Assembly: GCA_017881185.1 (NCBI GenBank)
Contig: JADGRE010000005.1
Location: 1 to 63,209 of the forward strand
Direction: 5' to 3'
From: Pseudomonadota bacterium
Lineage (GTDB): Bacteria; Myxococcota_A; Polyangia; Polyangiales; JAFGIB01
DNA length: 63,209 nucleotides
Positions 7,825-17,503 of the stretch are shown here, piece after piece. Each line of letters begins with the position of its first letter. Position 1 is the stretch's first letter. Under the pieces are notes generated by a model. That model was not told where the DNA came from, did not search any database, and was given only the letters and a program-made list of their open reading frames with translations. The translations under genes and the position numbers were made by a program.

Positions 7825-9207
7825 TTAGCCTGCGGAAGCGGCCGTCGGCGGGCTTGCGAGCGTGCGCTCGAAGTGATCACTTACACTGACGCAAGCCTCG
7901 CGTACCTCGACAGAGCCATCGAGCAAGAGGGCCAGCGGCCGCAGCTCGACGCCTTCGATCTCCACGCTGTGCTCGTGAACGAACGCAGCCAGCCGCAAGA
8001 GCACGTCACACACGCCATCCAGTTGCGCGCGGCGCTGCGCGGGTGCCGCGACGAACAACAAGTCGGCGCCCCGTAGTCGGCGCAGGGCACGCTCCAGCGT
8101 CTCGACCGTGGCGGGCAAGATCGCGATGGTGCGATCGCTCGACGCGCGTCCGTGCGGGTCGGCGAAGCTCACCTCCATGGCGACGCGTCCCTTGGGCAGA
8201 GGCGTGGCGCGCACGCCGAGCAGCGCGGCTGCGTCGCTCGTCGCGGTGACCATCACACCGAGCAAGCGCTCCTCGGCGCGTCGCTGCGGCGTCGCCAGCG
8301 CCGACAAGCGATCGTGCGCTGCAGCCATCAGCTGATGAAAGGTGTCGCGTACGCGCGCGGCGTTGTCGACCATGTCGACGCTCAGATCGGGATGATCCCA
8401 CACGCGCAGATCCGGCGAAGCGAGCGAGATCCGCACGGGATAGCCGATGCGTGAGGCTTCGGCCGCCGCGCGAGACGGACTGCTGCACAGCTCCTCCACC
8501 GGCACCGGGATCCCGTAGGGCGCCAACGCAGCCTTGCTCGCAGGATCCGACAGTGCGCGGCGCGGTCCGAAGATCACATCCAGCACGGCCCGCGCGTCCA
8601 CCCCATCGACACTCGAGGACAGCGCGCGCGCCTGACGCTCGGTACGCCGCAGTGCATCGAGTGCTTCGGCCACATCGCGCGGCTCGCCGAGGATCGCCGG
8701 TGGTTCGCCAGCTTGTGCGTACCACCCGATGCGCGTGCCGTCCACCGCGACGAGCGCGCCTGCTCCCTTGGCGGGCGACGACAAGCTCGGCTTGAGGCGT
8801 GCGCGATCCGCCGGCGACAACGCGCGCGCCGAAGCGCAAAATGCGTCGTTGGCTCCGCGCGACAGCAGGGCGAGCGCCGCCATGAGCGGCCTGATTTCAG
8901 CGAGCGCGACGACGCCGAGATCCGCCGCGGCATCGAGCACTAGGCGTCGTTCGGCGTCAGGTCCAACGACGCAGAGCACGAGCGGTTGCGCTTTGCCGTG
9001 GGCATGTTCTGCCAGCTCCACGAGTGTAGCGAGCGTCGGCGCTGCGATCAGCACGACCGCGGTCGGCTGCCCTGCAGCGCGCGAGCTGCGTGCAGCGCGC
9101 AGCCAGTCGGGCTCCATCCCCGGCTGCACATCGAGATCGATCTGCTGGGCAGCGTGCAAGCACTGCACCGCGAGCTCGGCGCTGTCGCATACGATTGCCC
9201 AACTCAT
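7825..9207 (-). CDS. acetate--CoA ligase (ADP-forming) family ATP-grasp protein, apparently degenerate
   Basis: 'SKAALAPYGIPV...AAAEASRIGYPV...LLRLAAF...IEGVELRPL' resembles the ATP-grasp_5 domain; N-terminal CoA-binding region is short or divergent. Confidence 0.7.
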   Translation of the reverse strand: MSWAIVCDSAELAVQCLHAAQQIDLDVQPGMEPDWLRAARSSRAAGQPTAVVLIAAPTLATLVELAEHAHGKAQPLVLCVVGPDAERRLVLDAAADLGVVALAEIRPLMAALALLSRGANDAFCASARALSPADRARLKPSLSSPAKGAGALVAVDGTRIGWYAQAGEPPAILGEPRDVAEALDALRRTERQARALSSSVDGVDARAVLDVIFGPRRALSDPASKAALAPYGIPVPVEELCSSPSRAAAEASRIGYPVRISLASPDLRVWDHPDLSVDMVDNAARVRDTFHQLMAAAHDRLSALATPQRRAEERLLGVMVTATSDAAALLGVRATPLPKGRVAMEVSFADPHGRASSDRTIAILPATVETLERALRRLRGADLLFVAAPAQRRAQLDGVCDVLLRLAAFVHEHSVEIEGVELRPLALLLDGSVEVREACVSVSDHFERTLASPPTAASAG

Positions 9208-9568
9208 GATGGTGCGTTCGATCGTTCCACGCGCATGGGTGAATGACCCCTACTTGCAAAGAATTGTAGCCTGCGCTCAGGGTCACTGCGAATTCCCGTC
9301 CGGATCGCGTCTCAGTGCGTGTACGATCCGTCGTTCATGCGCGCCACGCTGCCACCGACGAGGAACGTGCTGCAAACACGACGCGCGGCCTTCGCGCAGC
9401 GCACTCCCGAAGTCCCGCGTTCCGGTCGCCGCGGGTGGTGTAGGCGCTGTGCCACGATTGTCTACGTGGCGCATCACCGAGTGCCGGATCTGCGCCCGGC
9501 GGAACTTGACCCCCTGCACGTGCCGCGAGATATTGCACGCCGCACGGAAGTATCTTCAGCAGGTCGGT

Positions 9569-9592
9569 CGCGCACGCGCGCACGCGCGCACG
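9569..9592. repeat. (CGCGCACG)x3 perfect tandem repeat, alternating purine/pyrimidine
   Basis: Read directly from the sequence in the 9208-9663 intergenic region. Confidence 0.85.
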
Positions 9593-9663
9593 CCAGCGCT
9601 GACACAGCATTGGCCCGGGGTTTTGTGTGACATGACCTGTCGACGTCCAATAGGAGACGCCCA

Positions 9664-11169
9664 ATGCGGCTGAAGATTATCGCTGGAAATCTAGGGGTAG
9701 TTGTACTGCTTGGTTTGGTCGCCTACTTCACGGTGACGAGCCAGCTGCGGACGCAGCTCAGCAACGAGCTCGAAGCGGACATCGACAACCAACGGGTGCT
9801 GTTCGACCGTTCGTTCCGCTTGTCTGCGCTGGAGTTCCTCGATCTGGTGAGAGATCGCGCCGCAACGCGCCAGTTGCGCGACATCTTCGGCGGACTGGAT
9901 CTCGACAGTCGCCGGACGCGCGCGTTCGAGGCCGCCGAGGCGACCCACGCCTGGTTCGGCGATCCGGCGCGCGGTGGCCGCGGTGCGCCAGACATCGTGG
10001 CGGTTGTCGACGACACCGGCAAAATCATCGCCCGTGACGGCGCTCGCAACGTGATGTTTGGCAAGGCGCTCGGCGGTTCGTTGCCAGCGCTCGCACAGGC
10101 TCTGAAGACTGGTGATCCCGCACACGACGTCTGGCTCGAGGACGAGCAGAAGAAGGTGCTCCAGACGGCGATCGCACCGATCCGCTCCGAGACGGGCACC
10201 ATTCTGGGCGCGTTGGTGGTCGGCTACGATCTGTCCAACGGCCTGGCCTCGAGCGAAGCCAAGGTGCTCAAGCGCGACATCGCGTTCGTCATCGACGGCA
10301 ACGTCTACAGCTCGTCGCTCGATGGCTCGCGCAGCAAAGACCTGAAGGAGTTCTTGTTCGGTGGCGCCAAGGCCACGACGCAATCTGTGCTCGGCGGGCA
10401 GATGGCTGCGTCGCAGGCGTGGCGAGTCACGCTCGGTGGCGACGAGTACACGGGTGTCACCTCGCGCCTGCCGCTGGCGCCGTCACTTCCCGTCGGCTTC
10501 ACGGTGCTCGGCGATCGCACCGTGCGCATGCAACTGGCGTCGACCGCCAACGTGATCCTCATCATGTTGGTGCTCGGTGCACTGCTCGTCATCGGCTACG
10601 GCTTCGCCATCGGCACCTCGATCATGCGCCCCATCGAGGAGATCGAAGAGGGCATCCTCGCGGTCATCAACGGCAAGACCGATCTGCGTCTAGAGACCGA
10701 TAGCGCAGAGCTCGGCGGCCTAGCGTTCCGCATCAACCAGCTCCTGAACGTGTTCACCGGCACCGAAGAGGCCAGTGAAGACGCCGAGGGCAAGACCTCC
10801 GTTCCCCCTGCAGCCAGCCACTGGAAAGACGCCGAGTTCGCGGATGCACCCGGCGCGGGAGCCGCGGCTCCGGCAGCTGGCGGAGCCGCAGCAGCCGCGC
10901 CTGCCGAAGAAGTCATCGACGACCCAGCGCTTGCCGCCAAGCTCGGTGCCGAGAGCGAAGCCGCCTACAACGACCGCGTCTACAGGGAGTACGCAGCGGC
11001 CAAGCAAGCGCTGGGCGAGAACGTCTCCAACATCCCCCAGGACCGTTTCGCGCAGCGCCTCAAGGGTCGCGCAGACGCCTTGGTCCAGAAGCACGGTTGC
11101 CGTATGGTGCGCTTCCAAGTACACACGCAAAACAATCAGGTCGTGCTCAGGCCGGTGTTGATCCGCTAG
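9664..11169 (+). CDS. membrane sensor-like protein (TM-Cache-like-TM-HAMP) with MXAN_5187-type C-terminal domain
   Basis: Two TM helices; HAMP 'RPIEEIEEG...ELGGLAFRINQL'; C-terminal 'VYREYAAAKQALGE...HGCRMVRFQV...VVLRP' recalled as the myxobacterial MXAN_5187 C-terminal domain; AGGAG RBS. Confidence 0.75.
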   Translation: MRLKIIAGNLGVVVLLGLVAYFTVTSQLRTQLSNELEADIDNQRVLFDRSFRLSALEFLDLVRDRAATRQLRDIFGGLDLDSRRTRAFEAAEATHAWFGDPARGGRGAPDIVAVVDDTGKIIARDGARNVMFGKALGGSLPALAQALKTGDPAHDVWLEDEQKKVLQTAIAPIRSETGTILGALVVGYDLSNGLASSEAKVLKRDIAFVIDGNVYSSSLDGSRSKDLKEFLFGGAKATTQSVLGGQMAASQAWRVTLGGDEYTGVTSRLPLAPSLPVGFTVLGDRTVRMQLASTANVILIMLVLGALLVIGYGFAIGTSIMRPIEEIEEGILAVINGKTDLRLETDSAELGGLAFRINQLLNVFTGTEEASEDAEGKTSVPPAASHWKDAEFADAPGAGAAAPAAGGAAAAAPAEEVIDDPALAAKLGAESEAAYNDRVYREYAAAKQALGENVSNIPQDRFAQRLKGRADALVQKHGCRMVRFQVHTQNNQVVLRPVLIR

Positions 11170-11264
11170 AGATGTCGCTCACGTAGTTTCGCGCGTGACG
11201 AGTCTGCTGGGTCCTGAGGTCGCTGTCGTGGTGCAACTGCCGCTGCGACCAAGGGTGCAGTGGG

Positions 11265-11993
11265 ATGGCGTTTCTAGGGATCTTTGGCAAGAAGTCGTCG
11301 GACGCTGGACCGCTGCGCAAGCATGCGGAGCGCGTGGCCAACAAGCGCGCGCAGGCCTACGACCGCTGGGACTCGATTCAGTCTCTGGCGCACATGCACA
11401 CGAAGGAGTCGGTGGAGGCGCTCTTGCCCCGCTTCACCTTCTACGTCGAGCCAAGCATCACCGACCAGGAAGAGAAGGACGCGGCGTTTGCTGGCGTCGT
11501 GGACGCCGGTGTCGTCGCGCTCGAGCCGGTCTGTGCCTTCTTGCGCAAGGCCGAGTCCATCTCGTGGCCTATCAAGATGCTGGACAAGATCGTCCCCAGC
11601 GAGGTCGTGATCGCCAACTTGATCGACTTGCTCTCAAGCATGCAGACGGACTACGAGCGCGACCCGGAACGCAAGATCCAGATCTTGACCACGTTGGCAG
11701 AGCGCAAAGACTCCCGCGTGGCCGGCGCAGCCGTCCGCTTCCTCGACGACGCCAACGAGACGGTCCGGTTCACTGCCGTGGCTGCAGTCCTGTCGCAGGA
11801 CGACTCGTCTCAGCACACCCCCGCCCTCATCGAGTGTCTGTGCCTCGACGAGAGCGTGCGGGTTCGCAATCGCATTCTCGAGGCGCTGGCAGCTGCCAGC
11901 ATCAGCACAACGCCGCACGAGGAGCGTGTGAAGCCGCGGCTCACGGCCGGCTACAGCCTCGACAAGAGCGGCGTGCCTCGCAAGAAGGCGTGA
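11265..11993 (+). CDS. cytoplasmic HEAT-repeat protein
   Basis: 'FLDDANETVRFTAVAAV' and 'LDESVRVRNRILEAL' PBS/HEAT repeats. Confidence 0.8.
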   Translation: MAFLGIFGKKSSDAGPLRKHAERVANKRAQAYDRWDSIQSLAHMHTKESVEALLPRFTFYVEPSITDQEEKDAAFAGVVDAGVVALEPVCAFLRKAESISWPIKMLDKIVPSEVVIANLIDLLSSMQTDYERDPERKIQILTTLAERKDSRVAGAAVRFLDDANETVRFTAVAAVLSQDDSSQHTPALIECLCLDESVRVRNRILEALAAASISTTPHEERVKPRLTAGYSLDKSGVPRKKA

Positions 11994-12030
11994 GTCGCGC
12001 GCGACATCGCCTGCCGTGCAGGGCAAACGC

Positions 12031-12062
12031 AAAAGCCCGTGCGCTAGGCGCACGGGCTTTGT
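12031..12062. terminator. bidirectional intrinsic terminator
   Basis: AAAAGCCCGTGCGC-TAG-GCGCACGGGCTTT perfect stem between convergent genes. Confidence 0.85.
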
Positions 12063-12089
12063 GTGGGCCCCTGTAACTCGCCGGAGCGC

Positions 12090-13007
12090 TTACTCGTTGC
12101 CTGCAGTGCTGAGCTTGGGCTTGGTCGGCAGATAGAACGCCAGACCGAAGGTTATCATGTGGTTGAAGTGCGCGAGTCGATCCGACTCGTTGATCTTGCC
12201 GTCGGGATAGTCGCCGCGCGGGTGACCGGACTCGTCCGTGCCCGAGGTGTTCCAGGAGAAGGGCAGGGCGCGCCACTCCATGGTGAACGCCATGAAGTCC
12301 GCGAAGAACATCGACAAGCCGATGCCGAAAGTCGGCGCCACGGCTGTGCGATCGGCCGTCGCGCTCTGCGTGGGCGCGTAGCATGCGATCGCGTCTGAAA
12401 GCCCGTTGGCCGCAAAGCGCGCCTTACATGCCGACACCTGCTTGTCGTCCACGTTCGCGCGCTCCGTGATGCCCACGAACGCCACGCCACCGAACGCGTA
12501 CAAGTCGGCGTCGACGAAGAGCTTCTCGAAGATGCCGAGCTTGCCTCGCAGGGGGATGAACGCGACCTGCGGTGCGATCACCGAGTTGATGCGGCCGATC
12601 TGCTGAGTGAAGTTCGCTGGGTTCGGCAAGCTGAGCACGTTCACGCCAGCAGTCTGGCCCTTGGAGCTGACTTGATCGGTGAGCGAGGTGTCCACCTTGG
12701 CCACCGCAAACGCGGTCCACACGCCCAGGCCCAGCCAGTCGGTCGGGTGGAACATCAGCTGCCCGCCCACCATCATGGAGCGCGAGAACTGGTCCTGCAG
12801 GGTCATCGCGAAGTGACCCTGAATCTGGAAGCGCATCTGGCGATAGATGCGCATGTTGATGACGGCTGGCGCTCCCGCCAGGGGGCCTTGCACGTTCACG
12901 TCTTGCGCGTGAGCTGTCTGCGCCGGCCCGGACAGTGCCAGGACGGCCGCGATCGTCGTCAACGCGATTGCCAAACGCTTCATGGTGCTCATCACTTTTG
13001 CGTCCAT
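12090..13007 (-). CDS. gltA: myxobacterial outer-membrane beta-barrel, GltA/GltB family (tentatively GltA-like)
   Basis: Signal peptide ending AHA-Q; 'PLRGKLGIFEKLFVDADLYAFGG' and C-terminal 'FGLAFYLP' typical of this family; tandem with a paralog near the glt genes. A versus B assignment is tentative. Start moved to ATG 13007. Confidence 0.7.
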   Translation of the reverse strand: MDAKVMSTMKRLAIALTTIAAVLALSGPAQTAHAQDVNVQGPLAGAPAVINMRIYRQMRFQIQGHFAMTLQDQFSRSMMVGGQLMFHPTDWLGLGVWTAFAVAKVDTSLTDQVSSKGQTAGVNVLSLPNPANFTQQIGRINSVIAPQVAFIPLRGKLGIFEKLFVDADLYAFGGVAFVGITERANVDDKQVSACKARFAANGLSDAIACYAPTQSATADRTAVAPTFGIGLSMFFADFMAFTMEWRALPFSWNTSGTDESGHPRGDYPDGKINESDRLAHFNHMITFGLAFYLPTKPKLSTAGNE

Positions 13008-13079
13008 CGTTCTATGTTTCGCGCAGCGCCCGCGTGGAGCGTGAGAAATGGGGCGACCCGTCGCCAACTGGACCAGACG

Positions 13080-14099
13080 TCACTTCGGGTAGCGGTACTC
13101 GAAGGTGAAGGGGAAGAACATGGTGAAGCCCACGTGCATCATGACGTTGTTCGTCACGGTGGAGTTGGCATCGATCCAGGTGGTGGGCTCGCCGCGTTGC
13201 GCCAGCGAGACGGTCAGGCTCTCGAGCTTTTCCATGTAGATGTAGTCGCGTAACTCGCCGAACACCGTCAGCCACTTCGTCAAGAACACGCGGATGCCGA
13301 CGCCGACGTTGAACGCCACGCGCCAGTCGAAATCGAAGGTACGGACTGCCGGGTCGATGACCGCGACGGGCCGAGTGCGCAGCACGCCGACGCCGCCGAC
13401 CAAGTAGGTGTCCCACTGGAAGATCGAGTCGTTGAACATCTCGAACTTGCCGTAGATGGGCACGTACGTGAAGTTCAAGTTACCGCCGAGTTGGTATTGC
13501 GTGACGGGCACGGCCAAGCGAGCGGAACGGCGTACTGCGAAATTCAGCGCCGACTCGGACTCGATGCCCTGGTACCAGAGGAAGTTCACGCCCACTGCGA
13601 GCACGTTCGAGACCCAGTAGTTCAAACCGGCCGCGAGCGCGTTGTGCGAGACGTACTGATCGTTGACCGTGAAGGCCATCGACGGCGCGAGCTCGAAACG
13701 GCCGCTGCGCAAGACGTACATGCGCTGCACCGCGTAGATCTTCTCGGCGACTTCCTTCTCGCGCGGCAGACCGCCCTCGTCGGTTTCGTTTTCCTTCTTG
13801 CCCTTGCCAGCTGACAGCTCGGACAAGACGTCGCCGCCGCCAGCTTCGGCGCTGGCTTCGCCACCGCCTTCCGCTTCCGCCGGCTCTTCCTTAGTCTCTT
13901 TCGCCTCTTTGGCTGGCGCAGCCTTGCCTTTCGCCTTGCCCTTCGGAGCTGAGCTCTCGGTCTCGTTGATGTCGAAGGACATGTCCTGCGCGCGTACCGC
14001 GTGCGGGAGGAGGCCCAGCGAGATCACTGCCAGCAGCCCGAAGGCCAACGGCCCCATCCACTTCAGCGTCTGCACGTCGTGCCGGAAACCCAGGTTCAT
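13080..14099 (-). CDS. gltB: myxobacterial outer-membrane beta-barrel, GltA/GltB family (tentatively GltB-like)
   Basis: Signal peptide; acidic/Lys-rich N-terminal extension; 'AVQRMYVLRSGRFELAP...VND', 'PIYGKF', 'GFTMFFP'. A versus B assignment is tentative. Confidence 0.72.
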   Translation of the reverse strand: MNLGFRHDVQTLKWMGPLAFGLLAVISLGLLPHAVRAQDMSFDINETESSAPKGKAKGKAAPAKEAKETKEEPAEAEGGGEASAEAGGGDVLSELSAGKGKKENETDEGGLPREKEVAEKIYAVQRMYVLRSGRFELAPSMAFTVNDQYVSHNALAAGLNYWVSNVLAVGVNFLWYQGIESESALNFAVRRSARLAVPVTQYQLGGNLNFTYVPIYGKFEMFNDSIFQWDTYLVGGVGVLRTRPVAVIDPAVRTFDFDWRVAFNVGVGIRVFLTKWLTVFGELRDYIYMEKLESLTVSLAQRGEPTTWIDANSTVTNNVMMHVGFTMFFPFTFEYRYPK

Positions 14100-14203
14100 C
14101 GCTGCACCTAATCGTTGGCTTCGCCCGTTAGAATCGTTCTCGCGAAAGCTCGTAAGTTATTGAAAGTAATGGTGAAAACGAACAATACCCGGAGCGGGGT
14201 GGG

Positions 14204-14233
14204 ACTATATCATGCGCCCTCGCACATAGGCAA
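14204..14233 (-). promoter_or_regulatory. sigma70-type promoter TTGCCT-N18-TATAGT with extended -10 TG, for the barrel pair
   Basis: Reverse complement of AGGCAA (14228-14233) and ACTATA (14204-14209). Confidence 0.6.
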
Positions 14234-14255
14234 TCTGCACGCTCTTTCAGCGTCC

Positions 14256-15533
14256 TCATGCCGCCAGCGTCTCCCCATCGGGCTTGGCGAAGAGTGCTTC
14301 CACGAAGCTTGCGGAGTCGAACTCGCGCAGATCTTCGACGCGTTCGCCCAATCCGATGAAGCGCACCGGGACCTTGTGCTCGTCGACGATGCCCAAGATC
14401 ATTCCGCCCTTTGCGGTGCCGTCGAGTTTGGTCAGCACAACGCCGGAAACCTGCAACGCTTCGCGGAACATGTGCATTTGTTGCACAGCGTTCTGCCCTG
14501 TTGTCGCGTCCAGCACAAGCAAAATCTCATCCGCCGCGCGGCCGCCAAGAGCCTTTTGAATCGTGCGATCGACCTTCTTCAGCTCCTCCATGAGAGGTGC
14601 TTTGGTGTGCAGTCGACCGGCCGTGTCGGCAATGACGAGATCATAGCCTTCGTCTTGCGCCTTCTTGACGGCTTCGAAGATCACGGCGCCCGGATCGGAG
14701 CCTTCTTTGCCCTTGATGACAGGGCAGTCGACCCGCTTGCCCCAGACTTCGAGCTGGAGCACGGCGGCGGCGCGATAGGTATCGCCCGCTGCCAGCAACA
14801 CTTTCTTGCCTTGGCCAACGTAGCGCGACGCGAGCTTGCCGATCGTGGTCGTCTTGCCCGCGCCGTTCACGCCGACGATGAGGATCAGCGCCGGCTTGTT
14901 GCTCAGCGCGATGGGCTTGTTCGGAACGGCCAGCACGTCGCTCGCCATCGCACGCAGCGAGCGCCAGACGCTCTCCTCGTCGGCGAGTTGCCCGCTCTGC
15001 ATCTGCTCGCCCAGGCGCTCCAGGATGCGGCCGCTGGTCTTCACGCCGATGTCGGCGGTGATCAGCACCTCTTCGATTTCCTCCAAGAGGGAGCTGTCGA
15101 TGCTGGTGCGTCCGCCGAATAGCTTCGCAAGGCGCGCGATGAAACCGCCTCGCGTGCTCGCGAGACCCTTCTTTATCGCAGCGATGTCGCGCTCGCGAAC
15201 TTCCGCGGTGGCCGCAGCGGCTGCGGCGACCGCTGCTGTTGGCGGCGGCGGCGGCGGCGGCGGCGTACCGACCGTCGCCACTTCGACTTCGACGGTCTCT
15301 TCTACAGGGCGTGGCGCGGCAGCAGGGGCAGCAGGTGCAGCCGCCTTGGCTGTGGGCTTGGGCGCTTCTGGCTTTGCCGCCGAGGGCACGGCTGGGGCGG
15401 GCGCCGCAGGCTTGCGTGCAGCTGGGGTTGGCTCGTGCTTCGCCGGCAACGTCGGCTTGCTGCGCCTCGCGAAAAACGCGATGGCCGCCCCGACGAGGAC
15501 GAGCACGATGATGAGCGAGATGACGATGTCCAT
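14256..15533 (-). CDS. ftsY: signal recognition particle receptor FtsY with N-terminal TM anchor
   Basis: 'GVNGAGKTTTIGKLA', 'DTYRAAA', 'DTAGR', 'TKLDGTAKGG'. N-terminal hydrophobic helix plus Pro/Ala linker; start ATG 15533. Confidence 0.96.
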   Translation of the reverse strand: MDIVISLIIVLVLVGAAIAFFARRSKPTLPAKHEPTPAARKPAAPAPAVPSAAKPEAPKPTAKAAAPAAPAAAPRPVEETVEVEVATVGTPPPPPPPPTAAVAAAAAATAEVRERDIAAIKKGLASTRGGFIARLAKLFGGRTSIDSSLLEEIEEVLITADIGVKTSGRILERLGEQMQSGQLADEESVWRSLRAMASDVLAVPNKPIALSNKPALILIVGVNGAGKTTTIGKLASRYVGQGKKVLLAAGDTYRAAAVLQLEVWGKRVDCPVIKGKEGSDPGAVIFEAVKKAQDEGYDLVIADTAGRLHTKAPLMEELKKVDRTIQKALGGRAADEILLVLDATTGQNAVQQMHMFREALQVSGVVLTKLDGTAKGGMILGIVDEHKVPVRFIGLGERVEDLREFDSASFVEALFAKPDGETLAA

Positions 15534-15582
15534 GGCTGGGGTCGTCAGGCGCAAGGCAGCACGCGCGACGCTGAGGGCGCCC

Positions 15583-15612
15583 ACTATAGAAATGGCTAGC
15601 GTCCCGCGTCAA
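15583..15612 (-). promoter_or_regulatory. sigma70-type promoter TTGACG-N18-TATAGT for ftsY
   Basis: Reverse complement of CGTCAA (15607-15612) and ACTATA (15583-15588). Confidence 0.65.
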
Positions 15613-15648
15613 CGACGATGTGGGAATCTTGCGCGCGCCGACCTACCG

Positions 15649-17340
15649 CTACCGTTTGGGGATGTGGCTCGCGCTGGGCTCTGGCCCCAGCGTCTGCAGC
15701 GCGACCCTCGCAGCTTCGCGGATCGCGGATATCTCTTCCGGCGTCGGTTCACGCTGGGCGTAGGCCGCGCGCTCAACCAAGCCCGTGAGCGTCTGGAGCT
15801 CGTCGGTGAGGTACGCGCGCTCGCGCGCGAGCGCGAGAACGTCGCGCGGCGTGCGCATGCTACACAGCCCTGGCTCGTGCAGGATGCGCACGGCTATCGG
15901 TCGATAGGTCTGCAGCGCCAGCGATCGCAGCGTCGTGAGGCGCACTCGCAACCGTGATCCGTCGCCAGCGTGCGGCACAACCACCGCAACGCGTTCAGCT
16001 GCGTAGCCTGCGGCACTGACGACGATCTGGTAGGTGCCGCTTGCGATCTCACGTGTGTCGAAGGCGCCTTCTGCGCTCACTGCCACGTTGCGTTGCAGTC
16101 GTATGCCGTCGTGCAGCTCCACCCGTGCGCTCGGCAGCGGCGTGGCGCGCTCGGCATCCTCCACCGTGCCGGCGATTCGCGGCGTAGATACGCGGCGCCG
16201 CGGCATCGCGCGTCGGGCCGATGCCGCGGCACCAACCGCGCCGTCAGGCTGCGTACCGAGGCTCGCGGCTCTGGCGCGCCACGCCAGCACCAGCGAAGCG
16301 GCGCATGCGAAGAGCAGCCACGCGCGACTCGGCAACGGTGCATTTGGCGCTGTCAGCGCGACCCGTGCGGAGCGACTCGAGCCAATCCCCGGAGAATCCG
16401 ACTCGAACACTGCGCTCACGACGTGGCTCGGGAGCTCTGCCACGCCCAGCTCACTCCAGTCGAGCGCACGCCTGAGCTCGCCGCGCGCGTCGGTGAGCAA
16501 GGTTGCGACAGGCGTTTCGTCGACGAGCACGGCCACCGCCCGCTGCGGCAGCCCACCGCGTGCGTGAGCGAGTCGCCCTGAGATCAGCAGCTGTGGCGGC
16601 GTCGCGCGCGTGCTCGCCTGCAACGTCAAGCGTGTGTGCAGCTGTCGCAAGACGGTGGCACGCGCAGTCCCCGCGGCGTGTTCCGGATCCGCCAGCGAGC
16701 TGACCACGAGGGTGCCGACCCCTGGCTCGCCAAGCAGCGTGCTCGCCAGCTCGGTCTGCCACAGACCGTCCTCGTCCGTACGACCGCTCGCAAGCTCGCG
16801 CCCCAGCTCGTCGTGCAGACTCAGGCGCAGCGCTGCGACGCTCGCCGTGGAGCTCGCCTGTGTCGCGATGTGAACGGTGGGCGCGTCCAAGTGCAAGACA
16901 CGATCGGGGGGCAGTGCGAGAACCAGTTGCACCCCCGCGGCGCTGCGGTCGAGGCGCTGCGTGGTCTCGCTTCGCTCGTAGAACGTGTCGCCCTCGTAGC
17001 TTGCGCGGGCGCGATAGGTGGATGCGCTCGTGGTGAACGTGCAGCTGAAGCGGCCATCGGCACCGGTCTGAACCAGCTGCGCTTCGCCCTGAGTGGAGAC
17101 CTCGCTAGGAGCCACGGCGACGCGCACTTCTCGATCCGCGACGGGCGTGTCCATGTCGTCGCGCAGCACGCCACTCACGCGCACACCGGTCGGCAGTGCA
17201 GCCAGCATCAGCTCGACGTGTGTTGCGGCGCGCACACGCAACGCGGGCTGCGCCGCCATCGGCGTCGACCACGACACCGCGAGCACGAGCAACGCAGCCC
17301 ATACCAAGCGCAGCAGCCGCAGGTGGGCGTGAGGGCGCAC
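15649..17340 (-). CDS. exported/membrane protein with Ig-like and carboxypeptidase-regulatory-like domains
   Basis: Signal peptide from GTG 17340 (GGAGG upstream); 'TGADGRFS' and 'TDEDGLW' beta-sandwich repeats; a TM helix followed by 'GTYQIVVSAAGY'. Confidence 0.65.
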   Translation of the reverse strand: MRPHAHLRLLRLVWAALLVLAVSWSTPMAAQPALRVRAATHVELMLAALPTGVRVSGVLRDDMDTPVADREVRVAVAPSEVSTQGEAQLVQTGADGRFSCTFTTSASTYRARASYEGDTFYERSETTQRLDRSAAGVQLVLALPPDRVLHLDAPTVHIATQASSTASVAALRLSLHDELGRELASGRTDEDGLWQTELASTLLGEPGVGTLVVSSLADPEHAAGTARATVLRQLHTRLTLQASTRATPPQLLISGRLAHARGGLPQRAVAVLVDETPVATLLTDARGELRRALDWSELGVAELPSHVVSAVFESDSPGIGSSRSARVALTAPNAPLPSRAWLLFACAASLVLAWRARAASLGTQPDGAVGAAASARRAMPRRRVSTPRIAGTVEDAERATPLPSARVELHDGIRLQRNVAVSAEGAFDTREIASGTYQIVVSAAGYAAERVAVVVPHAGDGSRLRVRLTTLRSLALQTYRPIAVRILHEPGLCSMRTPRDVLALARERAYLTDELQTLTGLVERAAYAQREPTPEEISAIREAARVALQTLGPEPSASHIPKR

Positions 17341-17503
17341 GCACTTACGTTTCCTCCATTGCGGGGGTTCCTGCAAGTCTGCGATATACTGACCGCCTCT
17401 CGCGTGCTGCTGGCGCTGCACCGCTGTCTGAAGGAAATTGCGAGACTGCACGTCCGACGAGCCGGTACCATCCGGTCCTGCGCTGCGAGAAGAGGTCGTT
17501 TTG

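Noticed and set aside
9283-9664. Short ORFs in the 9.2-9.66 kb gap
   Set aside because: No RBS, Arg/Ala-rich non-coding-like composition, and mutually overlapping.
14100-14255. AT-rich gap beside ftsY as a possible SRP RNA or other ncRNA
   Set aside because: No SRP helix-8 motif or long hairpin is visible; it is explained as the promoter and leader of the barrel genes.
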